Assembly (NCBI RefSeq): GCF_000025665.1
Contig: NC_013926.1
Coordinates: 1,230,001-1,262,000, forward strand
Source of the DNA: Aciduliprofundum boonei T469
GTDB lineage: Archaea; Thermoplasmatota; Thermoplasmata; Thermoplasmatales; Aciduliprofundaceae
Length of the DNA: 32,000 bases
Reading direction: 5' to 3'
Below are positions 18,050-27,272 of this stretch, piece by piece. A program made the translations under genes and the position numbers. How positions within the stretch are numbered: the first letter of the stretch is position 1; the number at the start of each line of letters is the position of its first letter. The notes below the pieces were generated by a model. It searched no databases. It saw only the letters and a list, made by a program, of their open reading frames with translations, and had not been told where the DNA came from.

Positions 18050-19255
18050 TTACTCACCTTTTAGTTCCTCTTCAATTCTTATCATCTCATTCAATTTGGC
18101 TATTCTCTCTCCCCCTATTGCACCAGTCTTTATAAACTCTACGCCAAATGCAACTCCAATATGCACTATGCTCGTATCGCATGTCTCCCCACTTCTATGG
18201 GAAATCATAGTAGCGTAGCCATTATCTTTTGAGAACCTTATTGCCCTTATGGTATCGGTTAATGTTCCTATTTGATTTGGCTTTATGAGAACTGTATTTG
18301 CAGCCCCTTTATCCACGCCTATTTTTATCCTCTCCACATTTGTAACAAATATGTCATCACCAACAACATAGGCAATGTGCCCAATTCTCCTGGTTAATTC
18401 GGCAAAACCATCAAAATCCTCCTCATCCAGAGGGTCTTCCACAAGATAAATGCCATAATTCTTAACTATATCTTCCACAAAATCAATCTGCTCCTCAGGA
18501 GTTAAAATTTTATTTTTATAATGATACTTTCCATCTTTGTAGAACGAGGAAGCTGCAAAATCCAGTGCTGGCTTAATCTCTATTCCATATTCCTCGCCCA
18601 CTTCTCTTACTGCATCTACTACAACTTCAATGGCCTCAATGTCATCCATGGGTGCAATCCATGCCTTTTCATCTCCCAATCCTATGGAGATATTGGGAAA
18701 TCTCTCTCTTAATTTCTCACCAACCTTTTTGTGAACGAGAGCATTGGCAAACACATTATCCTTTGCAGAATCGCTAAGTGCCATTGAGAGCATTTCTTGA
18801 ATTGTTGTGCCTCCCACAGCATGCTTCCCCCCGCCGAGCACATTGCCCACTGGCTTTGGTATCCTATTTGCAAAAGCACCCCCAAGATATTGGTAGAATG
18901 GTAAGCCCATTGAGTTTGCAGCAGCCTTGGCCACAGCTAAAGATATGGCAATTGCTATATTTCCCCCTAGCATTGAGAAATCGTCAGTACCATCAATTTC
19001 GTGAAGCATGGCATCAATATCCTCCTGCTGAGTTGAATCCATGCCTATAAAATTGTCCATTCTCTCCTTAAAATACTCAATTCCCTTATCAATACCCCCT
19101 ACAGGGTAAGCCTTAACTTCATGCTTTCCCGTTGATTTTCCAGCTGGAGCTGCAGCTCTACCATAACCATTTAAAGTATAAACTTCCACTTCCACTGTTG
19201 GATTGCCCCTTGAATCAAGTATTTTTCGCAATACAATATCCTCAATTAGTGTCAT
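18050..19255 (-). CDS. eno: Enolase (phosphopyruvate hydratase)
   Basis: [24 protein letters not shown] and SHRSGET are enolase motifs. A GAGGTG SD at 19262-19267 (minus strand) lies 6 nt from the ATG. Confidence 0.95.
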   Translation of the reverse strand: MTLIEDIVLRKILDSRGNPTVEVEVYTLNGYGRAAAPAGKSTGKHEVKAYPVGGIDKGIEYFKERMDNFIGMDSTQQEDIDAMLHEIDGTDDFSMLGGNIAIAISLAVAKAAANSMGLPFYQYLGGAFANRIPKPVGNVLGGGKHAVGGTTIQEMLSMALSDSAKDNVFANALVHKKVGEKLRERFPNISIGLGDEKAWIAPMDDIEAIEVVVDAVREVGEEYGIEIKPALDFAASSFYKDGKYHYKNKILTPEEQIDFVEDIVKNYGIYLVEDPLDEEDFDGFAELTRRIGHIAYVVGDDIFVTNVERIKIGVDKGAANTVLIKPNQIGTLTDTIRAIRFSKDNGYATMISHRSGETCDTSIVHIGVAFGVEFIKTGAIGGERIAKLNEMIRIEEELKGE

Positions 19256-19287
19256 ATTCTACACCTCTTTAAGTGGGCTATGCCCAT

Positions 19288-19318
19288 CATATATTTAAAG
19301 TTTGCAAAATTATTTTAA
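19288..19318. promoter_or_regulatory. Divergent promoter region with TATA-like boxes for eno (19288-19300, minus strand) and the 19340 gene (19306-19318)
   Basis: CTTTAAATATATG (minus strand) is centred about 39 nt from the eno ATG, which leaves a short leader carrying the SD site. AAAATTATTTTAA is centred about 28 nt from the ATG at 19340. Confidence 0.45.
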
Positions 19319-19339
19319 CCCGTAATTCATTATTTTCTC

Positions 19340-19738
19340 ATGGAGCTGATGAGCACCAACGCAAAGGGAAAGAACATCAAGGGCAAGAAACTCCTGCTTT
19401 ATGGCTCATGCCTTGATGAGAATCCCCAATATTTGGGAGGTTTTGAAGATTATACCAAACTCTCTTTCTGCCCCGAGAAAGAGCATATAAATATGGCATT
19501 TTACAAGTTAATCGCCATGATGTCAGTTGCAGAAGAATTAGTAGTTATAACCACTGATGGTTCTCCACATTGTGTGCAGATGCACTATATTGCCGAGGAT
19601 GTTCTCAAATATTCCGAGAGAAAATTCCCACTCAGGCATTTCGTTGTGCAGAATGGTAAAATGGTAGAGGTCTCTGCTGAGGATGTTAAACTCTCTCGAT
19701 ACCTTTCAAAGATAAAAAAGTTGAGAGGCTCTACCTGA
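19340..19738 (+). CDS. Hypothetical soluble protein, 132 aa, with conserved-looking Cys/His positions
   Basis: The ORF has its own TATA-like box and a protein-like composition. The motifs are [16 protein letters not shown] and [13 protein letters not shown] recognise no family. Its 3' end overlaps the thrS 3' end by 8 nt. Confidence 0.5.
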   Translation: MELMSTNAKGKNIKGKKLLLYGSCLDENPQYLGGFEDYTKLSFCPEKEHINMAFYKLIAMMSVAEELVVITTDGSPHCVQMHYIAEDVLKYSERKFPLRHFVVQNGKMVEVSAEDVKLSRYLSKIKKLRGST

Positions 19739-21569
19739 ACTTCGGCCTCTGAGAGAGCATGGGTGGTAGAGGAAGCTTTCTCTTTGGCTTTCCTTCCGTG
19801 TCCTTTTTTAGAAGAGCCAAGAGCTCCTCCCTCTTCATCTCCTTTACACCGCCACCTCTTATTCTCACCGTTAGTATGTCCTTTTCTTTCTCCTTCTCAC
19901 CTATGACCACAATGTATGGTATCCATTCCTTCTCAGCATCTCTTATCTTGCGAGATACGCTGAGATCTCTATCGTCTATATCCACTCTGAATTCCTCACT
20001 CCTAAAATAGTCCATCTCTTGAATAGAGCATCCTATGAAATCATCTTTTACAGGTATGATGCGAACTTGAGTTGGACTGAGCCATACAGGCAGCTTTGGT
20101 TTCTTTCCCATCTTCGCATCCATGTCAGCCTTCTCCAGCATAGCATAGAGAATTCTCTCAACCGCCCCGCTTGGTGAGCAGTGAAGGATATATGGATATC
20201 TCTCATTTCCATTCTCGTCATAATATGTAATTCCGTATCTTTCTGCGTTCTCAACATCTATTTGCACAGTGCTCAACGCCGCTGCCTTGTTTAATGAATC
20301 CACAAAATTGAACTCGAATTTCAGCACGAAATAGAAGAAACGCTCGTCCCACATCTGTATTAACACAGGTCTATTCACGAGTTTAACAAGCTCTCTGATG
20401 AAATCTTTGTTCTCCTCGTAGAAATCTCTCGTAAAGCGTATAGCAACTTCGTAATCTCCAAGCTCTAAACCAAAATCCTTCAAGACCTCTATAGCCATTT
20501 CATACTGCCTCTTGAATTCCTCCATTGCCTGGGGCATGTCCGCCGCTAAAGTGTGCATATCTGGCATTGTGAAAGCGCGCAATCTTCTCAATCCAGATAG
20601 CTCTCCCTTTTGCTCCCTTCTAAACGCATACTTTGCCATCTCGTAGAGCCGAAGAGGGAGATTCCTGTAGGATATGGTAGCATCGTGCATCATAAGAAAC
20701 TGTCCAAAGCATGCTGCAAAGCGTAGGAAGTACTTGTCCTTGCCGCTCAAAACTATGTATTGCCTAGCTGGAAATCTGTTAAGATATGATTTCAAAGAGG
20801 GATGATTGAAATCGTACATTATTGGAGTTTCAACCTGCATAGCACCGTAATCTATTACTTTATTCTCCACATAATCCTCTATAAGAGCTTTAATCAATTT
20901 CCCCTTTGGATAGTATCTCATATTTCCAGAATCGCTGCCTGGCTCATAATCTGCCAGTTCCAAAGAGCGCATTAGCTTTACATGAGGAGGAATTTCCTTA
21001 GCAGCTCTCGTACCAGAAATCTCATAATCTACAAATTTTTTAAGATTTGGATATGAGGAATAATCAAAATCATCCACATCGTATAATTCTCCATTCAGGT
21101 CCATAATATACCAGTATGTTGTTCTCTTCTCCGCTTTAAGTGCCTCACTCTCCTCCTCTTTTGCTTCTCCCCTTATTTCTTTGCTCAACTCGCTCAAGGG
21201 ATGTCCCTTGCAAGATATAACAAAGCTCTTATACCAGCCAAATGGGGCTCGATGCACCTCGTATTTTTCACTGAGCATTTTTTCCAGTTCCTTCAGTACT
21301 TTCATGGCCTCTCCTGGTGAAGCAAGCTTATTGCTTAGGTGGGCATAAGGATACAAAACTATTCTCTCAGCACCAACTTTTTTTGCCACATCTTCTATTT
21401 CTACCACGGCCCTATCCAGTATGGAAGAATCACCCTCCTCCACGGATATGAAGGGAACAAGACATTCCTCGTATCTCTCTTTTTTCTCTATTATTTCTTC
21501 AGCATCCTTCATCGCTTTACTTTTTGCCTCGTACTCTATGTAGTCCGCATGTATGAAAAGAACTCGCAT
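19731..21569 (-). CDS. thrS: Threonyl-tRNA synthetase, archaeal type with an N-terminal DTD-like editing domain
   Basis: 612 aa. The N-terminus [15 protein letters not shown]...VLYPYAHLS is the archaeal editing domain. It is followed by a class II core ([24 protein letters not shown]) and an anticodon-binding domain ([11 protein letters not shown]). Confidence 0.95.
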   Translation of the reverse strand: MRVLFIHADYIEYEAKSKAMKDAEEIIEKKERYEECLVPFISVEEGDSSILDRAVVEIEDVAKKVGAERIVLYPYAHLSNKLASPGEAMKVLKELEKMLSEKYEVHRAPFGWYKSFVISCKGHPLSELSKEIRGEAKEEESEALKAEKRTTYWYIMDLNGELYDVDDFDYSSYPNLKKFVDYEISGTRAAKEIPPHVKLMRSLELADYEPGSDSGNMRYYPKGKLIKALIEDYVENKVIDYGAMQVETPIMYDFNHPSLKSYLNRFPARQYIVLSGKDKYFLRFAACFGQFLMMHDATISYRNLPLRLYEMAKYAFRREQKGELSGLRRLRAFTMPDMHTLAADMPQAMEEFKRQYEMAIEVLKDFGLELGDYEVAIRFTRDFYEENKDFIRELVKLVNRPVLIQMWDERFFYFVLKFEFNFVDSLNKAAALSTVQIDVENAERYGITYYDENGNERYPYILHCSPSGAVERILYAMLEKADMDAKMGKKPKLPVWLSPTQVRIIPVKDDFIGCSIQEMDYFRSEEFRVDIDDRDLSVSRKIRDAEKEWIPYIVVIGEKEKEKDILTVRIRGGGVKEMKREELLALLKKDTEGKPKRKLPLPPMLSQRPKFR

Positions 21570-21586
21570 GTATGGTGATTTTTCAC

Positions 21587-21625
21587 ATAGTATAAATTGT
21601 TTTTCTTTGAAACATAGTTTTATAT
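21587..21625. promoter_or_regulatory. Divergent promoter region with TATA-like boxes for thrS (21587-21598, minus strand) and the DUF2721 gene (21618-21625)
   Basis: AATTTATACTAT (minus strand) is centred about 24 nt from the ATG at 21569. TTTTATAT is centred about 26 nt from the ATG at 21648. Confidence 0.45.
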
Positions 21626-21647
21626 CCCTTTAGCATAATGACGCTGT

Positions 21648-22091
21648 ATGGATGTAGTTTACATACTTCAGGGAGCGCTTGCACCTATTTTGCTCATCTC
21701 TGCTGTCGGGCTACTCCTCTTAGGTTTGGGAAACAGAATAGGAAGAATAATAGATCGCATAAGAAAATTCTCTGATGAGGTGCGAGGTGGAGAAGTATCT
21801 GAGGAGAGGTGGAAAATAATTCAAGTTCAAAAAAATACTCTCTCAAATAGGCTAAAACTATGCAGAAACGCTATGTTTTTCTACTATCTCACTATCCTTT
21901 TTACTTCTGTATCATCAATAATGTCATTTCTTCAGTTCTTTCATCATTCATTTGGGTATCTGGCAGTTATAGCCCTAGCTTTGGCGCTATCCTCGCTATT
22001 CATTGGAATAGTTTACGCATTGTATGAGGTTTTATTCACATACACTGCAGTTATGCAAGAGGCAAAATTTTACTTGGATGAAAATCGTTAA
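21648..22091 (+). CDS. DUF2721-like small membrane protein (3 TM helices)
   Basis: LQGALAPILLISAVGLLLLGLGNRIGRIIDRIRKF resembles the conserved N-terminal helix plus RxxDR motif of DUF2721. Two further TM helices follow. Confidence 0.6.
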   Translation: MDVVYILQGALAPILLISAVGLLLLGLGNRIGRIIDRIRKFSDEVRGGEVSEERWKIIQVQKNTLSNRLKLCRNAMFFYYLTILFTSVSSIMSFLQFFHHSFGYLAVIALALALSSLFIGIVYALYEVLFTYTAVMQEAKFYLDENR

Positions 22092-22115
22092 ATACTCAAA
22101 TGGGAATTTGGAGAT

Positions 22116-22502
22116 ATGAAAATTTGGAACAGTCATATCATAATGGACAAGAACATTAAATGGAAAGATCTCGAACCCGTTTGGGGAGAGATGCTGAGAA
22201 TGTTCTTTGAAGAAACCCGCCAATTTAGGGATGACCCTGAGCAGATTGATATAATTGTGGAAGAGAATATGGTAGACATAAAGAACAATCGAAAGCCGGA
22301 GGGATACAACAGGGAAGGGAGAATGAGAATCATTGTGCCTATAAGTGACAAAAGGGAATTTTTCATATATAGAGGAGTTTACAGCGATGAGGTAAGAACA
22401 GTAACTGAAAAAGTGAGTAAATTCTTGGCGGAGAACGGAATAAAACATAAGGTAGAATGGAACGATATGCTCCTTTATCATATGAAGAAGAGGCGCAGAT
22501 GA
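22116..22502 (+). CDS. Hypothetical soluble protein, 128 aa
   Basis: The composition is charged and K/E-rich like the rest of the proteome. A GGAG site lies upstream of the ATG. There is an ATGA stop-start overlap with the downstream CBS gene. The antisense ORFs look like noise. I recognise no family. Confidence 0.45.
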   Translation: MKIWNSHIIMDKNIKWKDLEPVWGEMLRMFFEETRQFRDDPEQIDIIVEENMVDIKNNRKPEGYNREGRMRIIVPISDKREFFIYRGVYSDEVRTVTEKVSKFLAENGIKHKVEWNDMLLYHMKKRRR

Positions 22503-22984
22503 TGGAAATAAAAGACATAATGAACAAAGATGTTATCACCTTGTCCCCTGAGATGACGATAAAGGATGCATATGAGCTATTTGTAAAAAACCATATAAGT
22601 GGAGCACCTGTGGTTGATCCCCATGGTAAACTTTTGGGAATACTGACAACTAAAGATATCTTGAAGATTATAAAGAATCGTATGGAAGATATCGGAATAT
22701 ATGTCTTTCCCACACCATTTGATTTTATGGAAGTTTTACCCATTGAAATACCAGAAGAGAGTAAAGCCACATTTGAGAGCATTGCAAATACTAAGGTAGG
22801 AGAGATTATGGAGAGAAGAGTGCATTATGTAAATCCAGATACCGATATATACGAAGCACTTGAGCTTCTAGTCAAAAAAGGTATCTCTAGGTTACCAGTT
22901 GTAAATGAAAATAAAAAGGTTGTTGGAATAATAACAAGAAGCGATGTTCTCAAAGCCCTAGCAAAATCAAATGAAATTCCCTAA
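22499..22984 (+). CDS. CBS-domain pair protein
   Basis: There are two CBS repeats: IMNKDVITLSPEMTIKDAYELFVKNHISGAPVVD..GKLLGILTTKDILK and IMERRVHYVNPDTDIYEALELLVKKGISRLPVVNENKKVVGIITRSDVLK. The start was chosen at the ATG at 22499, which overlaps the upstream TGA. Confidence 0.85.
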   Translation: MMEIKDIMNKDVITLSPEMTIKDAYELFVKNHISGAPVVDPHGKLLGILTTKDILKIIKNRMEDIGIYVFPTPFDFMEVLPIEIPEESKATFESIANTKVGEIMERRVHYVNPDTDIYEALELLVKKGISRLPVVNENKKVVGIITRSDVLKALAKSNEIP

Positions 22985-23797
22985 AAGATATGCTGCTATC
23001 AATCCTATTGTGATGAATATAATAAACGGGATTTTTGGCTGGATCCATACTCTATCCCTTCCTATTTTCTTCAATTTATCTATATCCTCTTTTGTATGGG
23101 AGCTGGGATGTACATAGAGTACATGCTCCCCATTTTCCACTCTTTCCATTAGCCAAACATGCTTTTTATCCACCTCCTCTATTGGAATTCTGTAACCTAT
23201 GAACATCTCTGGAAATCCAATATCTCTTCTCGCTAAATTTCTGAAGAATAGATATAGAATAAACATCAAAGCAGCAATGGCGGCATAAAGCAAGGTGAGA
23301 AACGCAAATGGAAATGTTAACTCTACAATTTCAATATAGGGTGGAACAAAAATGGGAAATCCAAAGAACGAAGGATATATTGGTTGAAGAATTGCAATAC
23401 TCATAAGAGCTCTCGTATCCGCTCGGCCTCTGATTACTTTAATCTTGTGAAGCACTCTAAAAATTATCAGGAGTATGAACATAACAAGTAAGGGTGAAGG
23501 AGCATACGAAATTATAGAGTATACAAAAATGCCAAAGGCAATGATCCATAATGCGTATTGTATATACTTCTCTCTTCCTTCCCATTCAAAAAACCACTCA
23601 TAGAAGAGTATAATTGAGGGAATAAGAGCTATGATACCTATAAGAGTTGGGTATTGATAGATATCAAGTCCAAATGCAATAAACCCGAGAATGAACCATA
23701 TTGTAGGACTTATTAACCTATCTTTCCAATCCTGATATGATGCAATTGCGAAGAACGGGATAGCTATGAGGAAACGTGCCAAATCAATATAGCTCAT
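22967..23797 (-). CDS. A24-family aspartic peptidase (archaeal prepilin/prearchaellin peptidase, FlaK/PibD-like)
   Basis: This is a polytopic membrane protein. ASYQDWKDRLISPTIW carries the first catalytic Asp context and IRGRADTRALMSIA is a GxxD-type second Asp motif. There is a soluble insert before the last TM helix (PKIPFIIFITIGL). Confidence 0.65.
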   Translation of the reverse strand: MSYIDLARFLIAIPFFAIASYQDWKDRLISPTIWFILGFIAFGLDIYQYPTLIGIIALIPSIILFYEWFFEWEGREKYIQYALWIIAFGIFVYSIISYAPSPLLVMFILLIIFRVLHKIKVIRGRADTRALMSIAILQPIYPSFFGFPIFVPPYIEIVELTFPFAFLTLLYAAIAALMFILYLFFRNLARRDIGFPEMFIGYRIPIEEVDKKHVWLMERVENGEHVLYVHPSSHTKEDIDKLKKIGRDRVWIQPKIPFIIFITIGLIAAYLLGNFI

Positions 23798-23848
23798 AAA
23801 TGAGCATATTAAAATAGGTACAAAAAATTTGCCACAGAATACCCAGCG

Positions 23849-24592
23849 CTAATAATCACAGATGAATTTATAAGGGCAAAATCTACAATTTTCACCCTTG
23901 TTTGCAGGAAAATCTTCATTTTTTATTCCTTTACCCACTTTTATCACATCTTCCATAATCTCATTTAATACATTGAAATTGAACTTCACATCAATTATTT
24001 TCCCATTTTGGAGATACACCAATCTCCCACGAGGAATGATATAATTCTTTAAGTAGAATATCAAGGCGTAAAATGCAAGTTGCAAATAATAATCCTCCCT
24101 TTCTCCCCCTGTTTTTAATTCAAAAATATCGTTCTCACTTATAATGTCAAACCTTCCATAAATAAGCAAGTCATCAATCTTTGCATTCATCCATTTTTCT
24201 ACATTGAAACTTTTCAAATTAAGTGCCTTGGCTATTTTGATGGAATTCTCTATTCCCATTTTTATCTTATTCACATAATCTTTCTCATCTCTCCACAAGA
24301 TTATTTTATCTGAGAGTGAGGAATAGTAGGCAACCATATCATCAAAATCCTGAAAATCATCTTTTATTTCTTTTGCAGAAATTAAGATAGATTCTCCTTT
24401 AATTTTCTCCCAAATTTTATCCGCATCCACACTTTCATTTTCCCCATTTAAAACTGAGTAAAAATAGTTGTGCAGGTAATTTCCCACTTCAGAATCCGCA
24501 TACCTTAACTGTGGGATAGGATATACCCTCTCATAATAATATTTTCGAGGACAAGTTTTATAAGACATATATGCACTATAACTCAACTTCAT
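23849..24592 (-). CDS. Cas4-family / RecB-like PD-(D/E)XK nuclease with a 4-Cys Fe-S cluster motif
   Basis: The N-terminal Cys context is YKTCPRKYYYERVY. The nuclease core is GRFDII...IFELKTGG (D...ExK) and the QxxxY motif is YLQLAFYALIF. The C-terminus CRFCPYKFIC is C-X2-C-X5-C. The start overlaps the thiD stop by 4 nt. Confidence 0.75.
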   Translation of the reverse strand: MKLSYSAYMSYKTCPRKYYYERVYPIPQLRYADSEVGNYLHNYFYSVLNGENESVDADKIWEKIKGESILISAKEIKDDFQDFDDMVAYYSSLSDKIILWRDEKDYVNKIKMGIENSIKIAKALNLKSFNVEKWMNAKIDDLLIYGRFDIISENDIFELKTGGEREDYYLQLAFYALIFYLKNYIIPRGRLVYLQNGKIIDVKFNFNVLNEIMEDVIKVGKGIKNEDFPANKGENCRFCPYKFICDY

Positions 24593-25317
24593 GGAAGTAA
24601 TGAATATCCCCCCGTATCTATTGCATTCTCTATCTCTCTTTGCAAAAACTTCCTTACTTCTATAAATGCCTCTTCTATTTTCAATCCTTTCGCTATGAAG
24701 GATAAAAGAGAGGAAGAGTAAGCACAGCCAGTTCCATGCACAATTTTATTGATTTTTGGCATACCATATGATTTTATTTCATCGCCAAATAAATAATCTC
24801 TTCCATTCAAATGTCCTCCTTTTATTATTACATATTTCCCATATTTATGTGTTAAAATTTTACCAGCTGATATAACATCACTTTCATTCTTTATTTTGAT
24901 ACCTGCAAGTTTCTCCGCCTCAGGAACATTTGGAGTTATTACCTCTGCAATCTTGAGCAACGGCTCAATATCTTCAATTTTATTTATGGTCTTTCCATTT
25001 TTCGCTGTGAGAAGGGGATCAAAAATCAAAAACCAATCATATTCTCTAGCAAACTCTACAATTAAATCTACCGAAGTGCCAAGCATACCTACCTTTACAA
25101 ATTTTATCGGAAAATCTTCCATTATGACTTTGAGCTCTTGCTCCACAACATTTGAACTTAGGACTTTAAAGCCATCAAATCCCCTTGTATTCTGATAGGT
25201 TAGCGCAGTTGCTACTCCCAAACCATAGAATCCAAGCTTGCGAAAGGTTATTATATCCCTAATCACACCTGCCCCAGAAGTGGGATCAAAGCCAGCAATG
25301 CTTAAAAGGTACTCCAT
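24589..25317 (-). CDS. thiD: Hydroxymethylpyrimidine/phosphomethylpyrimidine kinase (ThiD)
   Basis: [50 protein letters not shown] and HGTGC are ThiD/PfkB blocks. Confidence 0.9.
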   Translation of the reverse strand: MEYLLSIAGFDPTSGAGVIRDIITFRKLGFYGLGVATALTYQNTRGFDGFKVLSSNVVEQELKVIMEDFPIKFVKVGMLGTSVDLIVEFAREYDWFLIFDPLLTAKNGKTINKIEDIEPLLKIAEVITPNVPEAEKLAGIKIKNESDVISAGKILTHKYGKYVIIKGGHLNGRDYLFGDEIKSYGMPKINKIVHGTGCAYSSSLLSFIAKGLKIEEAFIEVRKFLQREIENAIDTGGYSLLP

Positions 25318-25335
25318 ACTTGCTCATCGTATACC

Positions 25336-25372
25336 ATTATAAAAACTTGTTCACGAAAGAAAGTGTTAAATA
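25336..25372. promoter_or_regulatory. Divergent promoter region with TATA-like boxes for thiD (25336-25345, minus strand) and rpl40e (25364-25372)
   Basis: TTTTTATAAT (minus strand) is centred about 24 nt from the ATG at 25317. TGTTAAATA is centred about 27 nt from the ATG at 25395. Confidence 0.45.
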
Positions 25373-25394
25373 CCCCTTTTCCATACTCGGCAAC

Positions 25395-25544
25395 ATGACT
25401 TTCCAAGAGGCTGTGAATAGGCTACTTAACAAAAAAATATGTATGAAATGCCACGCAAGGAATCCGCCAAATGCTACGCGTTGCCGTAGATGCGGTAGTC
25501 ATGACCTTAGGCCTAAGGCCAAAGAGAGGAGAGGAGGTAAATAA
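25395..25544 (+). CDS. rpl40e: 50S ribosomal protein L40e
   Basis: [49 protein letters not shown] has the size (49 aa) and C4 zinc ribbon of L40e. The first 25 codons of the track ORF are treated as spurious. Confidence 0.9.
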   Translation: MTFQEAVNRLLNKKICMKCHARNPPNATRCRRCGSHDLRPKAKERRGGK

Positions 25545-25546
25545 TT

Positions 25547-26722
25547 TTATTCTTCTCCATAAAATTCTTTAAGTTGCCAAAGCACATAGTTTCTTATATC
25601 ATCCACTGATGGATATTCTCCCACGGGCTCTCCATCTATTAAATAGGGCTTAAGCATATTTTCCAACTTTCCTCCGCAAACTGGGCAGGTATCCATATGC
25701 TCTTTATAACTCACAAAGAATCTGCCGCAGTTCTTGCACCTATATACTTTCTTTGCGCCACTGAACTTTCCCTTCTTCGCCATGGGTTTTCCCTCAATTT
25801 CAACTATATCCATAGCATAATCTATTGTTTTTGCATTGCTTAGCGATGTGCCAACTCCAAATCCTGTTGCCCCCGCATTTCTCAATCTCCTTACACTATC
25901 CTCATCCAATCCACCGGAGACAAATATGCCCACATCTTTGTAACCTCTTATATCAAGTTCCCATCTAACTTCCCTTATTATGTCTTCAAAATTGCCTCTA
26001 CGAGATGATGGTGTATCCAATCTAACTGCTACAAGGTCTTTCAAAATCTGTGCGGCCTTTATTGATTCGAACTTCTCATCACCAAAAGTGTCTATAAGTG
26101 CTATTCTGGGCACTCCTTCCTCTACAAATTCATCAAATTTCTTCCATGCTTCTTCCTCACCCAGAGTTAGAATCAAAGCATGGGGCATTGTGCCACTTGG
26201 TTTCTTTCCTATGTGCTCTGCACCTATTATGCTTGACACACCATCACAGCCACCAATGTAAGAAGCTCTATCAATTAAAGGTGCAATTGCAGGGTGCATT
26301 CTTCTTACCCCAAAGGATAAAACTACATAATCGCCCGCTGCTTGCTTTATCCTTGCCGCTTTCGTTGCTATTCCTGATGCTTGGCATATAAATCCGAGCA
26401 TTGGAGTTTCATAAACTGCAAATTCTTTGTAATCTCCCTCGATCGCCATTACAGGTATCGGAATACCATTTTCATCTCTCCTTGGAAATATCGTGCCCTC
26501 AGGCAATGCGTAGAGATTTACATTTTTCCCCTTTAAAAGTTCTATGACTTCATCAAGACCTGCAAACACAACCCAATCGTAGGGTGGATTAGCCACCGTG
26601 AATTCTGCATACACCTTCTTTTTTATTTTGTTTCTTTCAAGTATCTCTTTTGTTCGCACAAAATAAACATCAGTGGTTCTGCCATTCCTTATATCATCCT
26701 CATTAGCCATATGAAATTTCAT
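25547..26722 (-). CDS. pncB: Nicotinate phosphoribosyltransferase, archaeal type with a Cys4 zinc knuckle
   Basis: 391 aa. RNGRTTDVYFVRTKEIL is followed by a type II PRTase barrel and then YRCKNCGRFF...CPVCGG. The Thermoplasma-type NAPRTase is known to carry such a zinc knuckle. There is an ATGA overlap with pncA. Confidence 0.85.
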   Translation of the reverse strand: MKFHMANEDDIRNGRTTDVYFVRTKEILERNKIKKKVYAEFTVANPPYDWVVFAGLDEVIELLKGKNVNLYALPEGTIFPRRDENGIPIPVMAIEGDYKEFAVYETPMLGFICQASGIATKAARIKQAAGDYVVLSFGVRRMHPAIAPLIDRASYIGGCDGVSSIIGAEHIGKKPSGTMPHALILTLGEEEAWKKFDEFVEEGVPRIALIDTFGDEKFESIKAAQILKDLVAVRLDTPSSRRGNFEDIIREVRWELDIRGYKDVGIFVSGGLDEDSVRRLRNAGATGFGVGTSLSNAKTIDYAMDIVEIEGKPMAKKGKFSGAKKVYRCKNCGRFFVSYKEHMDTCPVCGGKLENMLKPYLIDGEPVGEYPSVDDIRNYVLWQLKEFYGEE

Positions 26723-27255
26723 AATTCATCACTCTCCACTATTTTTGCTCCATAAATTCTCTTCATATATTCTATCGCCCTTTTATGCGCATCTTCACTT
26801 GTACCACTGCAAGCATCCTCAATTATATGCACATTAAAACCTCGAGCAAACGCACCAAAGGCAGTGTGTTGCACGCATATATCTGTGGCAACCCCACATA
26901 TGTACACATCCTTTATCCCCCTCTCCTTCAATATTTCTGCAAGAGGGGTGAATAAAAATCCATCATACGTGTTTTTCTCAATTACTACATCTCCTTTTTT
27001 CGGCTCAAGATCCCCCACTATCTGCGAGCCCCAAGTATTTTCTATGGCATGGTCTCCCCAAACTTCAAGCTCTGCATCTCCTTTTTTATGAGAATCTTTG
27101 AGGTATATTACCAGATTCTCATCCCTAAATTTTTCTGCTATTGCCTTAATTTTTGGAACTATATTCTTGGCACTCTCGCTTCCAAATTTCCCATCAACGA
27201 AATCGTGAATCATATCAACTATGAGTAAAGCTCGCATAGATGAATAAATCTCCAC
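26719..27255 (-). CDS. pncA: Nicotinamidase/pyrazinamidase (PncA, isochorismatase family)
   Basis: ALLIVDMIHDF, the metal-site region DSHKKGDAELEVWGDHAIENTWGS, and YICGVATDICVQHTAFGAFARGF with the catalytic Cys all match. The codon at 27255 is GTG. An alternative ATG lies at 27237 (MRALLIVDM). Confidence 0.88.
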   Translation of the reverse strand: MEIYSSMRALLIVDMIHDFVDGKFGSESAKNIVPKIKAIAEKFRDENLVIYLKDSHKKGDAELEVWGDHAIENTWGSQIVGDLEPKKGDVVIEKNTYDGFLFTPLAEILKERGIKDVYICGVATDICVQHTAFGAFARGFNVHIIEDACSGTSEDAHKRAIEYMKRIYGAKIVESDEL

Positions 27256-27272
27256 ATTTACTTAAATTTTGC

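Noticed and set aside
22032-22782. Minus-strand ORFs of 149, 77 and 139 aa opposite the 22116 gene and the CBS gene
   Set aside because: The CBS repeats fix the plus strand as coding from 22499 onward. For 22116-22502, only the plus-frame product has proteome-like composition, an upstream GGAG site and an ATGA coupling to the CBS gene. The minus-frame products are F/L/S/H-rich noise.
25320-25394. N-terminal 25-codon extension of the L40e ORF (track start at 25320)
   Set aside because: L40e is a protein of about 50 aa. The extension would cover both TATA-like boxes of the divergent thiD/rpl40e promoter region, and the internal ATG at 25395 has the canonical leaderless spacing.
25318-25394. 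A TPP riboswitch upstream of thiD
   Set aside because: Only 77 nt are available and they are shared with the rpl40e promoter. I found no CUGAGA-type thi-box core on the thiD strand.
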